A stretch of DNA of 64,000 nt from Eledone cirrhosa (taxonomy: Eukaryota): NCBI GenBank assembly GCA_964016885.1, contig OZ024740.1, forward strand, positions 334,428,001-334,492,000, written 5' to 3'. The notes under the pieces were generated by a model, which had not been told where the DNA came from, did no database searches, and saw only the letters and a program-made list of their open reading frames with translations. Within the stretch, counting starts at the first letter, position 1, and each line of letters starts with the position of its first letter. Positions 47,450 to 61,640 of the stretch are shown here, piece by piece. Both the position numbers and the translations under genes were made by a program.

Positions 47450-48363
47450 AAGGTATATATTGAGTTAGAAATTCAAAGTAGTCTCTTATAATAATATAGC
47501 TCTAGGAAAGAGATTTTTCCGAGCCGTATATTATAATTGAATATAAAAGAAAGACGAACACTAATATATAGATATATGTGTTCAAATCGTAAGGGACCAG
47601 ATTCGCTAAGGTGAAAAGAATACTAACTATAGACAATAGGGTTTGCCTGTCTCAATTTAAGAATAAATCAAGAAAATAAATACAAACCAGACACCTTTTG
47701 GTACTGCTGTTTCGCAAAATTGTGAATAGGAATGCCAATTCTTGCTCATCAGTGGTGAAGAATTAGTATCCTAGACACTTCTAAGTATATTAAGAAACTG
47801 AATAGTCTGCGTATATATAACAACGCACATGGTATCTGAACTTAGCGCGTCTCACAAACTTACACCACTAAATATAGCAGGCAGGTTTATTCGACATTTG
47901 AATTAGCTAAATTAATTAACGGAGCCGAATATATCAAAGGTATATATTGAGTTAGAAACTCAAAATAGTCTCTTACAATAAAATAGCTCTAGGAAAGAGA
48001 TTTCTTTCACCTTAGCGAATCTGTTCCCTTACGATTTGATCACATATATGTATATATCTCTCTTCGACTTTCTTTTATATTCAATTGTAATATACGGCTC
48101 GGAAAAATCTCTTTCCTAGAGATATTTTATTGTAAGAGACTATTTTGAGTTTCTAACTCAATATAATTCCGAATGTATATATTCGGCTCCGTTAATTTGT
48201 TGAGCTAATTCAAATGTCGAATAAACCTGGCTGCTATTTTTAGTGGTGTAAGTTTGTGAGACGCACTAAGTTCAGACACCATGTGCGTTGTTATATATAT
48301 GCAGACTATTCAGTTTCTTAATATACTTAGAAGTGTCTAGGATACTAATTCTTCACCACTGAT
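47448..48363. mobile_element. Non-coding hammerhead-containing unit (~487-bp period) with a partial tandem repeat and an inverted permuted copy; Penelope pLTR or retrozyme-like
   Basis: 47448-47516 is repeated at 47935-48003. 48004-48363 is the reverse complement of 47457-47616 joined to 47749-47933. It sits next to (TA)n. Confidence 0.7.
47686..47756 (-). ncRNA. Type I hammerhead ribozyme
   Basis: Minus strand reads ACCA CUGAUGA GCAAGAAUUG-loop-CAAUUUUGC GAAAC ... GUC UGGU, giving a complete core, stems I and II, and a GUC cleavage triplet. Confidence 0.75.
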
Positions 48364-49300
48364 TATTCTGAATTAATTTTCCGTATCAAATTTTTCATAT
48401 ACTTTGTACGAGCATTTATGTAGTTTGCACTAGAATTTTTGTATCGTAGCGGCACCCTTAGAGATAGTATTAGTATTCTTTTTCGGGATTCTGATTTATT
48501 ATTTCGTATTAGTTTATTTTTTGCACTGGGTGGTTGCTGGCCTTGTGCCTGGGGTAGAAGCAATTATTTCGTATTGGTCTCGGGACTCTGAATTATTATT
48601 TCGTGGTAGTTTCTTTAGTATTTTGGCCCCCACTTGTTGACCCGTCACCGTAAGATATACTCGGTTGATTACTACTACCTCTTAAAAGGGTCTCATTATA
48701 ATTTCGTCCCAGCTAGTAAAATTTTCTATAGTCTAGCAGTACCAGTGAGAGACTTGATGGCTCTCGTTGGGGAATAGTAACCAGTAATTGTTTTTTTTTT
48801 TTAATATTTAATTGTTTTGTTTTATTTTTAACATTCTCGGTATTCTTCTAAAGTTGTTTACCCCATATTGTTTTACTTTTTGTTTCGACTTCCTCCCCTT
48901 CCCCCTCCCTAGTATACTTCCTTGACCTCCTGCCCTGCTGTAGTTGGCACTATCAACGCACGACTGGGTTTCCTCCACCCCTTCTCCCTCTTTCTTCTAC
49001 TGGCAGGTTCAGCTACCCCTTCCTTACACAAATTGCCATGATAAAATTATGTGTCTCAACAACAGACTTTTGACCAATCCTTGTGACAATCACTTTTACC
49101 ATATATGGAATTACCCCCTGAGAAGCTCGGCTATTCATATACCAGGATAAAAATTTTAATTTAGTCCAGAATTAACCGTCGAAACGGCTTGAGCTCAGCC
49201 GTCGGGCTCCTACTCGTTCCTATTACCCACTCTACTACCCTAAGTATTGAGTACTTTGGTGCATTATGGTCCACCTGGTTCCTTACCACATTTCCTTCGT

Positions 49301-49334
<34 letters not shown>

Positions 49335-49375
49335 GATATTAAATAAATGGAAACTATATTTATAAAACCCTATTT

Positions 49376-49434
49376 ATTCTATTATATATATTTCAAGGGT
49401 ACCAAAACTTTGGTATGCTTTCATCAGATGAAAT
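49376..49434 (-). ncRNA. Minimal type I hammerhead in the inverted pLTR
   Basis: Minus strand reads AUUUCAU CUGAUGA AAGCAUACCAAAGUUUUGGUACCCUU GAAA UAUAUAUA AUAGAAU, with a palindromic stem/loop III. Confidence 0.65.
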
Positions 49435-52400
49435 ACAAAGTTTGTTTTATAAATTTTTACATAACCAAGAAAAGATACCTTAACGGTTCAAGTTTTTCTT
49501 GGATAGTGAAGAAAAAAGAGAAGAAAAGTCAGATATTTCAAATTATTAAGATGAGTATGCAAATGAGGTTGAGGTATAGGGCTGAAAAAACGTTATTTTA
49601 GACGCTATGCAGAATTGAAATAGTTAGAATATATGTATGTATGAGTAGAAAGAAGAAAAAATAAAGAAGAGCTTGTATTTACGTTAATTTAAAAGGAATT
49701 AACAATTTGCGGAAATGGTGGAATATTATTCCAGAATTTAAATTTATTTAGCTATATTATGAGTATATTGTATATATAATTAATTAGAGTAAATTGAAAA
49801 GAAACCAATTTTTCGGCCAGGAGTACCTTAAAGGCCTCAAGAATAAAATAGATAATCTAGAAAAAACAAAGAGATCCTGGTAAAATCTGACAAAACAAAT
49901 AATTTATGTGGTATGGAAAAGGACGAATATAATAACCTTATATTGAAAGAACTCAGGAAAAACTACAAAATAATATCAAATGAAGATATTTCAACGTTAA
50001 ATAGGGAAGCTTCCGAAATTATTTATAAATTAGACATCCAAAATAGGACAGAACCCTTTATACCTAGAAAACCGAGGATTAACCTGAAGGACCACAAATG
50101 GAATTTTGAAATTGAACTACCAGTCAGACTCATCGCACCGTCTAAATCGGACATAGGCATAATTAACACTACTTAAAGAAAAAACACACCTTAAACTATG
50201 GAACGGTACTAATGAAGTTATAGATTGGTTTAATAACATAAAATTAAAACATAACAAAAAATTCATTCAAAAGGATATTGCAAATTACTACTCCTCTATT
50301 ACCCCTAGCTTACCTAATATCTAGTGAAGAAATGAATATAATTCTAACAGCAGGTAAAACCGAAATAGAATTTAATAATCATCTCTGGACAAGACTCGAC
50401 AGAAAAAACAATGTTGATATCACCATGGGATCATCCTTCTCGGCGCAAGTAAGGAGCCTAGTTGGATTATTTATTAATAATGTACTGCATAGGAAAATGC
50501 CAGAGATGACCGGAGGTTTATATCGCGACGATATGTTACTTTTAATTGAAAACCATAGCAATAGTGAAATTAATAGGAAAAAGAAATCCATAATGCAATT
50601 TTTCAACACCTACAACCTTAATTTAGAAATCGAGAATAATTACAAAATCGTTAACTTCTTAGATGTAACATTAAACCTTAGCACAGGTCTTTACTATCCA
50701 TTCCATAAAATTAACAAAATGTAAATTACGTAAGTTTCAATTCTAATCATCCTAGAAATATTAAAAACACTATTGTCAATAGCGTTCTACAACGGATTTA
50801 CGCATCTCTGCTAATAAAAATATTTTTGATGATAAGGCAGAATATTACAATGAAGCTTTACATAGAGCAGGATACTCGAATAAAATTAAATACATAGATA
50901 ACAATAACATGACAAATCATCCTAGAATTAATTATAATAATAATAAACAATTTAACTTAAACACTAAACAAAACAAAAAAACTAGAACTAGAAATATTAT
51001 TTGGTTCTCTCCCCCATCCTCATTAAGCGTTAAAAAACAAAGCTATTTTTTAAAGAACTAGATAAATGTTTTCCTAAAGCCCACAGATACTACTCTATTT
51101 TTAAAAGACACACTATAAAACTATCCTACTCTACTACTATGAATATAGCACAAAACATAAATTGAATTAATAATAGAAACTTAACTTTAAACCCTAACCA
51201 AACTAACCAAGATAGCAATAATAATATTTCTAACAACAATATTCAGAATAATAGTACCGTCCTGAACAACAACAACTCCAGAAAATGTAACTGTAGAATT
51301 AAATCAAAATCCCCTTTACAAAATAATTGCTTAGACAAAAACGTAATTTATAAATGCACAGTTAAAACTAGAGACAAAGTATTTAACTATGTTGGTGCCA
51401 CTTCTACAAACTTCAAAGAACGCTGGTATAACCATAAACACACATTTAATAGATCCGATAAAAAATCTTCCACTTCACTTTCACATTTTATTTGGAACTT
51501 AAAAGACAACAATATAGACTATTCAATATCTTGGGGAACGATTTCGAGACCACCTGCATACCGAAATATGGCTTTCTCAAGGTACTGTAACTAGTGTATC
51601 GAGGATTTTTTTAAATATAATTAACTGTCAAAACTCTATTAATCTTAAAACAGAATTATTTTCTACTTGCAGACATCGCCAAAATTCTACTTTCAGAAGT
51701 ATTTTTAATTTATGATATTCATTACTCTTGACTATATCTTATACATCTTCAAAATGATCATATTTTCTTTAAAAATTTAAATAAAAATTTTTCTAAATGA
51801 TCTTCCTTCTTAATTTTTTAATATTTCTACTATTTTTGCCAATTTGACATTATTTTCCTAATGATACCCCTCTAAATATATGTTTTTAGATGTAGATTTA
51901 TAATCTTTAATTGACATTCTGAAAGTTTATCCTCTTTACGATAGTTCTTCCAAGTGCACATTATTTTTTCCTCTCCTTTTGGTCTTCAAACTTTCACACA
52001 TATTTCGACTAAAATAATATATAATTCAATTTAATCTCACACAAAATAATATATAATTTTCTTTATATTTTTTCTGATTAAATCATTCATCAAATTTAAC
52101 GGTTAACAAACAAGATTGGAGTTATCTTTCCCTTTTCAATCGTGCAAACATAAACATTATATTATAATGTAATATGTATGATAAACTATATAACTTCGCT
52201 AAATTAACAATATTCTGCAAACAGTTTCAATGTTGGAACAAAATATTCAAATCTACAAATTGTTCTCCTCTTATAACTTGAACCATGTGTTTTTTTATGT
52301 AAAATGCAAAATCAACGTTCTTCGAAACTCATATTAGAAATGTAAACAACTAATAATTGTAAAGTATTTCTATTTCTATAATACGTATACATGCACAATT

Positions 52401-52847
52401 ATTAATCTATATACACATATGTATATACTTACAACCTATTGTAATGTAATAAGATAAAATCTACTTACAACCATAATTCTTCATATAATCTAATTGATTA
52501 TATATACAATATTATAACTCATAACATAGCTAAATAAATTTAAATTCTGGAATCATATTCCACCATTCACGCAAATTGTTAATTCCTTTTAAATTAACGT
52601 AAATACGAGCTCTTCTTTCTCTTTCTTCTTCCTACTCATACATACATATATCCTAATTATTTAAATTCTGCATAGCGTCTAAAATAACGTTTTTTTTTAA
52701 GCCTTATACCTCAACCTCATTTGCATACTCATTTAATAATTTGAAATATCTGACTGTTCTTCTCTTTTCCCTTCACTATCTCAGAAAATATTGAACCGTT
52801 AAGGTATCTTTTCTTGGTTGTGTCAAAATTTATAAAACAAAGTTTGT

Positions 52848-52906
52848 ATTTTATCTGATGAAAGCGTACCAAAGTTTTGGTGCCCTTGAACTATATATAA
52901 TAGAAT
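52848..52906 (+). ncRNA. Hammerhead copy in the 3' pLTR with core mutated from GAAA to GAAC
   Basis: Sequence attttat ctgatga aagcgtaccaaagttttggtgccctt gaac tatatata atagaat. Confidence 0.5.
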
Positions 52907-53140
52907 AAATATGGTTTTATAAATATGCTTTCCATTTACTTTATATCATTGAATATTATACTTCAGAACACTGTCGAGTGCTCTGAATCAGTTATAAACA
53001 TTTATATTTGTTGAATTACCAACAAATTGAATATCCCTTGTGCTTATATATATATATATAAATGGACACACGGTTCCGTTCATGTATATCTTTGTTTATA
53101 CTACATACATATATATATTCATATACATATACATATATAC

Positions 53141-53171
<31 letters not shown>

Positions 53172-53609
53172 CGTGTATGTGTGTGTGGGGGGGGGGGGAT
53201 AGCGTGTGTGATATTCACGTTTGTAATAAACAGCACATATGCTTTTATTGTTTTTTTTAATGGATGTGTTTGTATGTTCTTCAAATTTCATTGTTCATTT
53301 CGATCATAACTCTATGTTCCGTTTAAATTTACTTGTATAGAGTCACGCTATATTTGACAAATATAACTAATAAATTATTTATATGTGGAATTAATGTGTA
53401 GGTCAATTTTCTGAAATTATCTTTTGTTGGTGTTAAAGAAAGGAAATGGAAGAATTATTGTCACGGTTGTAAAATGCAAATGTATTTTCGTCTAATTCTG
53501 AATTGCTATTTGAAAGTAGATTTATTGTATAATTATGCAGTAACAATATTAGCTTCGCAATTATTTTTAGACTGCAACTTCTTTATTTATATGGAATTAT
53601 TATTATTTT

Positions 53610-53698
<89 letters not shown>

Positions 53699-53730
53699 AC
53701 AGCAGCAGCAGCAATAGTAGGAGCTGCAGA

Positions 53731-53792
<62 letters not shown>

Positions 53793-53888
53793 AGGAAGAT
53801 GGTGTTGTTCTCGTAGTTGTCGTCGTTGTTGTTATCGTTGTTGTTGTTGTTGGTGGTGGTGGTGTTGTTGTCGTTGCTGTTGTTGTTG
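53610..53888. repeat. Compound (AGT)n(AGC)n(GTT)n microsatellite
   Basis: Seen directly in the sequence. Confidence 0.95.
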
Positions 53889-54729
53889 CCAGAATCAAAA
53901 TATGTTTTATTTTGATTTATGCAAATCTTAATGTATTGTTTTCGATTTTATAATGATTTTCAAAGAGATATGTGCTGAAAGAATTTGTATAAATGGTTTA
54001 TAAAGGCATAGAAATTACTAAATAACTCATACGCCGATGTCATGTGAGAGTTTAAATATTGTATAAGTTTATTTAATACAATGCAATAATATAGAGTTGG
54101 TGAGTTCAGGCTGTGGCGTTGAAAATTGGTGTGAGGAAAGATGTTCTTCTGTAAAGCTTTGCCTCAGTAAGTCCCGTTCAACCCATTTCAGCATATAATA
54201 GTCAACATAAAAACGTTTCCGTGTATGTATGTGTGTGCCCCGGGTGCTTTTTAGCTTAATGTGATATACCTTTAATTAACATGTATCCGTGAAATATACA
54301 CCAGGTATCAATAATCAAAATGATAGGCAAACATCATGTATTTAATATATGTATTTTTATTGTTTACGGGCTAAAGAATTTCATTTCTTAGGTGCATTTG
54401 ATCTGTTGCCCACGTATCATGGTGCCTTCTGTCATACCATTCGTTACTCTAATATCTTGCGCTTTGAATCTATTAAAAGTAATCTTTGCAGACGCCTACA
54501 GATGTAAAATGTTTGCTCTTCTGTAGAAGACATAATCCATCACTAGTTTTACAGCCATTACCTGACACAAGTATACATTTAAAGCATTCATATAGTTTAA
54601 ATTACATATATATTTACATCTGTGCGAATATACATACGTAATATACATATATGATATACATATAAGTGTGTGTGTGTGAGAGCGGGCGTTTTGTAGTTCT
54701 GATTTTTTATATGTACGTGCGAGCAGTTA

Positions 54730-55792
<1,063 letters not shown>

Positions 55793-56267
55793 ATTAGGAT
55801 TGGTGCTCTGAAATAGCGATGTATACGTGACTGTATGTATAGTATAGCCACTACTTTAAAACTGATAGAGTAAGGTCTTCTCAATATGTTTAATTAAACA
55901 TACGGTATATTGTCAAATATACTATACATACATTCATGTATACATCGTTATTTCAGAGCACCAATCCTAATTTCTAATTTTTGCTGGACCGGTAATCGCT
56001 CTGTATAATCACCTCGTGATTATTACTGGAATTCTATAAGAATCCAGCCTCTATAATTTTCGACGGAAGCAGGGGAGTGCGTGGTTCTGATGAAAGTCAA
56101 CCAGCGTGAAACAGAATGACAGCCTGTCTCCCTTCTTTCGCCGAAAATAAGTGACATAGTCACTAGTTTAAAGCTGATAGCGTATGGTCTTCGAAATGTT
56201 TTTAATTGAACATGCGGTATATTGCCAAATATACGATACATACATTCATACTGTACAATTTGCTGTC

Positions 56268-56300
<33 letters not shown>

Positions 56301-56714
56301 TTATATATATATAAAGACAGCAAATGAGACAGTACACTGTAGAAATATATTAGTTTTACGCTTGATAGGATAAGAGTTTTAACGTTTCGGATGTTAGTAC
56401 TTCATCAGATGATAGAATGAGTAATTAAAGAAGAAATATAAAGTTAGAGGAACGTGCAGGGGAATAGAAACAAGAAAAAATGTCTTTCAAAAAAGCAGGT
56501 GTATTTAGTTCACCAATCCCATACATACATAAATACATACTTACATACATACATTCGTACATACATTCACATTCGAAGAAATGAGAGGCAATAAGAAAAT
56601 AATTTATTGAGCTCTCTCTCTCCGATTCCCCTTTTCCCATTATTCCATGTATATTTAATAATATCTTTGAGATAGGTTTTCATAACAGAAAGGGCACTGA
56701 TAAAACAGAGGTCT

Positions 56715-56990
56715 AATATAGCCTCTCATTTCCTATTGAGATCGGGATAGCTTTTCTATCCAATATCTCCTCTCCGTGTCAGGCTGTCAATTCAAATGTG
56801 CCATGAATTCTCCCATTAGGATATATAATTCAGTCTTAACTACATCTAATGCTGCAGTGACTTCATCACAGAAGGATCTGAATTCAGTTTCTTTGGTGCA
56901 TAAGGTTTCACTACACACCTAGATATATATATATCAGCCTATGCTTAAAGGGGCAAATCCTCCCTCCAAACGAGAAAGAACTGCAATATA
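56715..56990 (-). pseudogene. Decayed APE endonuclease remnant of an RTE-like LINE
   Basis: The minus strand gives ETEFRSFCDEVTAALD...LMGEFMAHL...PDLNR, resembling the MGDFNAH and LNxNG motifs. Confidence 0.45.
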
Positions 56991-59614
56991 CTTTTCGGAC
57001 AGGCCCTCTCTATATATGTCTTGAACGTGTCTCTTATTAACTAGTGCGAAAGGCGATCTGGGATGACAGTTTCTGTTGCATTTTACGATGCTCGGCGATA
57101 AATGTGTCATCCATTGCTCCCTCTCCCCTTCCAGTTTACCGCAGTTGGTCCGGGGTTATTATATCTTGTGGCCGTATCACTGTCCGTCCCCTTTGACCCA
57201 TTCTCTAGCAGTACGGCTCTGGCAGGAATATATATTTCATGAAGAACAAAAATATACAGCCAAGATCTATTTTTGTGATTAGTTGCAACTTACAAGAATG
57301 CAGTGCCTGGTGGGTATATCTTACATCGTACTATAATTTTCTGCAGAACAATCAGATATTTTATGGGAAACCTTTATTACACTGTGAGACCATGTGTATT
57401 GTATTGTATGCATTATCGTTGTTTCTTGGTTTTCCATATATTTAAGGGAGAATATCATTAAATTGGAAACGTTAGTTGGTGGATTTTTTAAATAAAATTC
57501 TAGTTAATTGATTGCACACCGGACATTTAATTGGGATTTACATTGATGCCATACATAAACGTGTTGTTATATAGACATGTGAAGTTTGTCCTGAATATAA
57601 TTAATAATTATGACCAAATTACGAATGATAATTGATGGTTTAGTTATAAACGGATGGATATAAAGGGTAAATAAACAGCCTGAACTCCACAATAGACATG
57701 AGATTCTCTTAAAGCAGGTGTTAGAAGAAATTTAATCTCAAGAACAATATAACCCGATCATTAAATATACAATGGAATTAATAAAATGTGATGTTAGTTG
57801 ATGGTCCTATAAAAAAAAAACGAACATTACACCAGATATGTGGGGATAATATAGCAATATGGAAAACCTTAGTATTTTCCATCGATGTTATTGATATTCT
57901 CTGTGTTAAATACAGCAGAACCATACTGACGTTGAACGATTGGTACTTAAAACGAAAAGATATTTCTAACCCAATTTTGTACCCAATATAACAAAAATGA
58001 GAATACCGTATATAAGTTAATGGAATTATATAATATTGCTTAATGAATAATTTATCTGGAGAAATGGGTCAAAACTATATTGTTTTATTTCTATTATTAT
58101 TGGAAAACATACAAATAATCGAGGAGAAGGAATAATTATTGATTTATGTCCACTTATTATATGCCTAACACAATCAATCAATACCTGTTTTTTTTTTCTC
58201 CTATCACCTACTTTTTTCTCCATCTACGGTAATATGTATTTCCAGCAAATTATTGTTTCTATTTCATCAGTTTTATTCTCTTCAATATTTCTACAGTTTC
58301 TTATTTAATACTGATTAAAATATATTCCCATAATAGTAATAGCTCTTAAGAAAAAAAAAAAGAAAAAAACAATTGAATCATTCACTCGTCTAGGCAAACA
58401 TTATGGTTCAGGGTTACCTTAACATATATTTATTTACTGAACAAATTTGTCGAATGCTTTATAGTTATTATATTCATTTATGTCTTTCCTTTCTAAATTG
58501 TGAAAGAGGTCATGAGATTTTGAATTAAAGATAATGCATGTTCAACAATTGTCATTTGCGAGTGGTTCAGAAGGATTTAGTTAAATATGCATTTGATTAT
58601 TGTATAAAATTTCTGTAGAATATATGATCGTGTGCTCAGTTTAGAGTTAGGCAATATTTTTAGTGAGACGTGTGTATACAATAAGACAAAGTGCGTTTGT
58701 TTGATGTGATTTGGGCGCAAAAGAATGGGATGCATTTTAGACTATTCTGTTTCAGAAAGGAGTGAGGAATCTCAATGATAACGGATACATAGCCAGAACT
58801 AGATATCTGGTATTCTCATTGATACTGGAAAAGTTGTGACATAACATTGAAAGTAATAATTACGAAACTCTCGTATGTATTTTTTACATACATTAATATA
58901 TCACATACGCTTTCATATAGTTGTTTTTGGTATATATTTTCTTTTAATGGTTTTAGCTACCATGTTTTTAGGTGTTAGCCTCTGATTTAGCTTTGGTTTC
59001 TTGCTGTTTGGATTACTATATCTATTTGGCTTGAAATTTACATAATATTCTTTTTCGTGTTGTTTGGATTTACTTTAATTTGATATTGTTTGGGTTTAAC
59101 ACCTGTTCATAGTTTACATGTCAGCTTTTTATATTGTATACTGTGATGGGTGGTTATTGCTTATTACTTAATGTAAGTTTCTATTTAGTTTTAATTTATT
59201 CAGTTAATTGCTGAATCTTTAGAGTCGTTTAATTTGAGTTTTATTTTGGTTAAGTTAATGGCTGGTTGTTGATTTATGGGAGAGGGGGTTAAAACGGTAG
59301 TCGTATTCGTTCTCTCATATAATTCATTTTGATTAGATATGTATGTTTCTGGAGCTGGGTAGGCGTAGGATTAGGGTAGTTAGTGATTGCATTGTTTTGA
59401 TTTAGCCGATTCTGTGTTTCTCTATATCGGATCGGATTTGCTGAAGCATATATTATGTGCTGGTGCTGATAAGGAGTAGATACAATGCAGTTTACGTAAT
59501 GCAGTATTGTTCACTACAGGTTCATATAGAGACTACGTAATACGACTGTAGCAGTTTGAATACATCGTTTTATGTACAGATGTGTTTATAACCTCTGCAA
59601 CATTTTCTATACAA

Positions 59615-59810
59615 AACAATATCGACAACGGTACGCGATAAAATTTTGTGTGAACCTCAAAAAAGCTGCCACGGAAACCCATAATGCTTTAACACGAGCT
59701 TAGGGATATACCATTACATCGGGATGTAAAGTTTTTAAGTTACAAAGCTTGAAGAATAAACGGGCTTGGATAGAAATACTTTTCACAGACGTTCATCAGA
59801 CCATCTGCAC
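59615..59810 (+). pseudogene. Mariner transposase N-terminal HTH remnant
   Basis: QRYAIKFCVNLKKAATETHNALTRA*G...KVFK followed by an RPS-like motif. Confidence 0.7.
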
Positions 59811-60025
59811 ATGTCAAAAAATTAGCAGATATTAGCAGATCCACTGATCAGCCAGATTTGCGTATCAGCAGCTGGCCAGTCTGTTTCCTGTATACGAGCG
59901 ATAAATGGCCGGCTTTGCCAAATTCAGCCAGTCTGCTAATATGCAAATCAGGCCGATCAGTCACTGTGTATTTTTGAAAATAGCATATATTTTCACTAGC
60001 TCTGACAATTTGGCAGGTGAACAGT

Positions 60026-60075
60026 GAGCTGTACTGATGGAGGGTGATACCCAGAAACATTAGTGTCTGCAGTTC
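60026..60075 (+). ncRNA. Degenerate minimal type I hammerhead
   Basis: GAGCUGUA CUGAUGGA GGGU GAU ACCC AGAAAC AUUAGU GUC UGCAGUUC: 8-bp stem I, 4-bp stem II and a GUC triplet, but a non-canonical core next to stem II. Confidence 0.5.
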
Positions 60076-60301
60076 TGTTCATATGCCAACACAAGAGCAA
60101 GAATGAAGGGTTCAATGTACTGACATGTCTATAAAATTGAGGCTTGTTTGTATAATTACAACCGAATCGAATGTTATTATTAATATTCGAAAAACTCAGA
60201 TTACATTTATTGTATTCAGCCATGTAGAGCGAAAATGTTATTTTCTATATATATATATATATATATGAAAAGTGTAAGTTTCTACACAAAACGAATGTTA
60301 T

Positions 60302-60838
60302 AGAGAAAATTGAGGTTGGTAATGGCACATGGAATATATAAGAGAGAGAATACTTTTTTGTGAAAAAACATATAATTTTATAAGGTAAGGAAAGAATAAA
60401 GGGTATAAAAAATGACCGGTTTTGATGGGTCTGCAAAAGCCATCTTTTCAAATGTTGATTAATATTAAGAAAAATGAATAATAATAAGAGTTAAAATTTG
60501 AGATTTGAAAATTCAAGTATAAAATTCAGTGTGGGATTTCATAGTAGTTTTCATCTTGGTAGCAGCAAGTTGACTGCTGTGTGACCCTTTCTGGTAGTGA
60601 ATGAGGAATTATTTGTGGGGAGTGATTTATTTATTTTTTTATTTTTTTTAAGGTCAGATTTAGCAATGGCCAGATGGCCAGCTGCTGGTCAGTGAGGGGG
60701 TGGAAGCAATATACATACATATATCTCCATGTGGTCGGTAGGAGAGGGGAGAGTGATAGAAAGGGATTTAGTGCACTTACACCTATATATACACATACCC
60801 TCATCCACACACACACATACATATACATATACATACAC

Positions 60839-60869
<31 letters not shown>

Positions 60870-60897
60870 TACATACACACACACATACATATACATA

Positions 60898-60939
<42 letters not shown>

Positions 60940-61393
60940 TACACACACATATATATACACACACACACATATATATACATACACATACATCCAGATACAC
61001 ACATACATAAACACACAAAAAAAAATCCAGATACACACATACATACACACACACACAAAAAAAAAAGAAAAAAACCACTCCCCACGAATAATTCCTCATT
61101 CACTACCAGAAAGGGTCACACAGCAGTCAACTTGCTGCTACCAAGATGAAAACTACTATGAAATCCCACACTGAATTTTATACTTGAATTTTCAAATCTC
61201 AAATTTTAACTCTTATTATTATTAATTTTTCTTAATATTAATCAACATTTGAAAAGATGGCTTTTGCAGACCCATCGAAACCGGTCATTTTTTATGCCCT
61301 TTATTCTTTCCTTACCTTATAAAATTATATGTTTTTTCACAAAAAAGTATTCTGTCTCTTATATATTCCATGTGCCATTACCAACCTCAATTT

Positions 61394-61398
<5 letters not shown>
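60302..61398. repeat. 323-bp inverted repeat (60302-60624 and 61076-61398) around a ~450-bp spacer
   Basis: The arms are reverse complements with about five mismatches by eye. Confidence 0.93.
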
Positions 61399-61441
<43 letters not shown>

Positions 61442-61458
61442 CACATTCTCGGGACACA

Positions 61459-61520
61459 TTCTCGGGACACATTCTCTCTCCCTCCCTCCCCTCTCTCTCT
61501 CTCTCTCTCTCCCTCTCTCG

Positions 61521-61557
<37 letters not shown>

Positions 61558-61640
61558 GAGAGAGAGAGAGAGAAAGCGAGAGAGGGAGAGAGAGAGAGAG
61601 AGAGAGAGGGGAGGGAGGGAGAGAGAATGTGTCCCGAGAA
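61459..61640. repeat. ~180-bp near-perfect palindrome centred on (TA)n
   Basis: ttctcgggacacattctctctccctccctcccc...cgctttctct..tata..agagaaagcg...ggggagggagggagagagaatgtgtcccgagaa. Confidence 0.92.

Larger units (their letters stand above)
49329..52955 (+). mobile_element. Decayed, 5'-truncated Penelope-like retroelement (RT and GIY-YIG, probably Naiad clade) with inverted ~460-bp pLTRs
   Basis: RT pieces KSDKTNN, LKDHK, PVRLIAPSKSDIG, TMGS and GLYRDD. EN region ~51285-51690 reads CNCR..PL..CL..NVIYKC...YVG.T...FKERWYNH...LS..IW.LK, then CN*C and CRH. 49329-49788 is the reverse complement of 52489-52955. Confidence 0.85.

Noticed and set aside
51285-51690. Selenocysteine (UGA) recoding, as reported for some Naiad elements
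   Set aside because: The conserved Cys positions read TGT/TGC (one TCC), and the stops nearby are TAG/TAA decay mutations rather than UGA at Cys sites.
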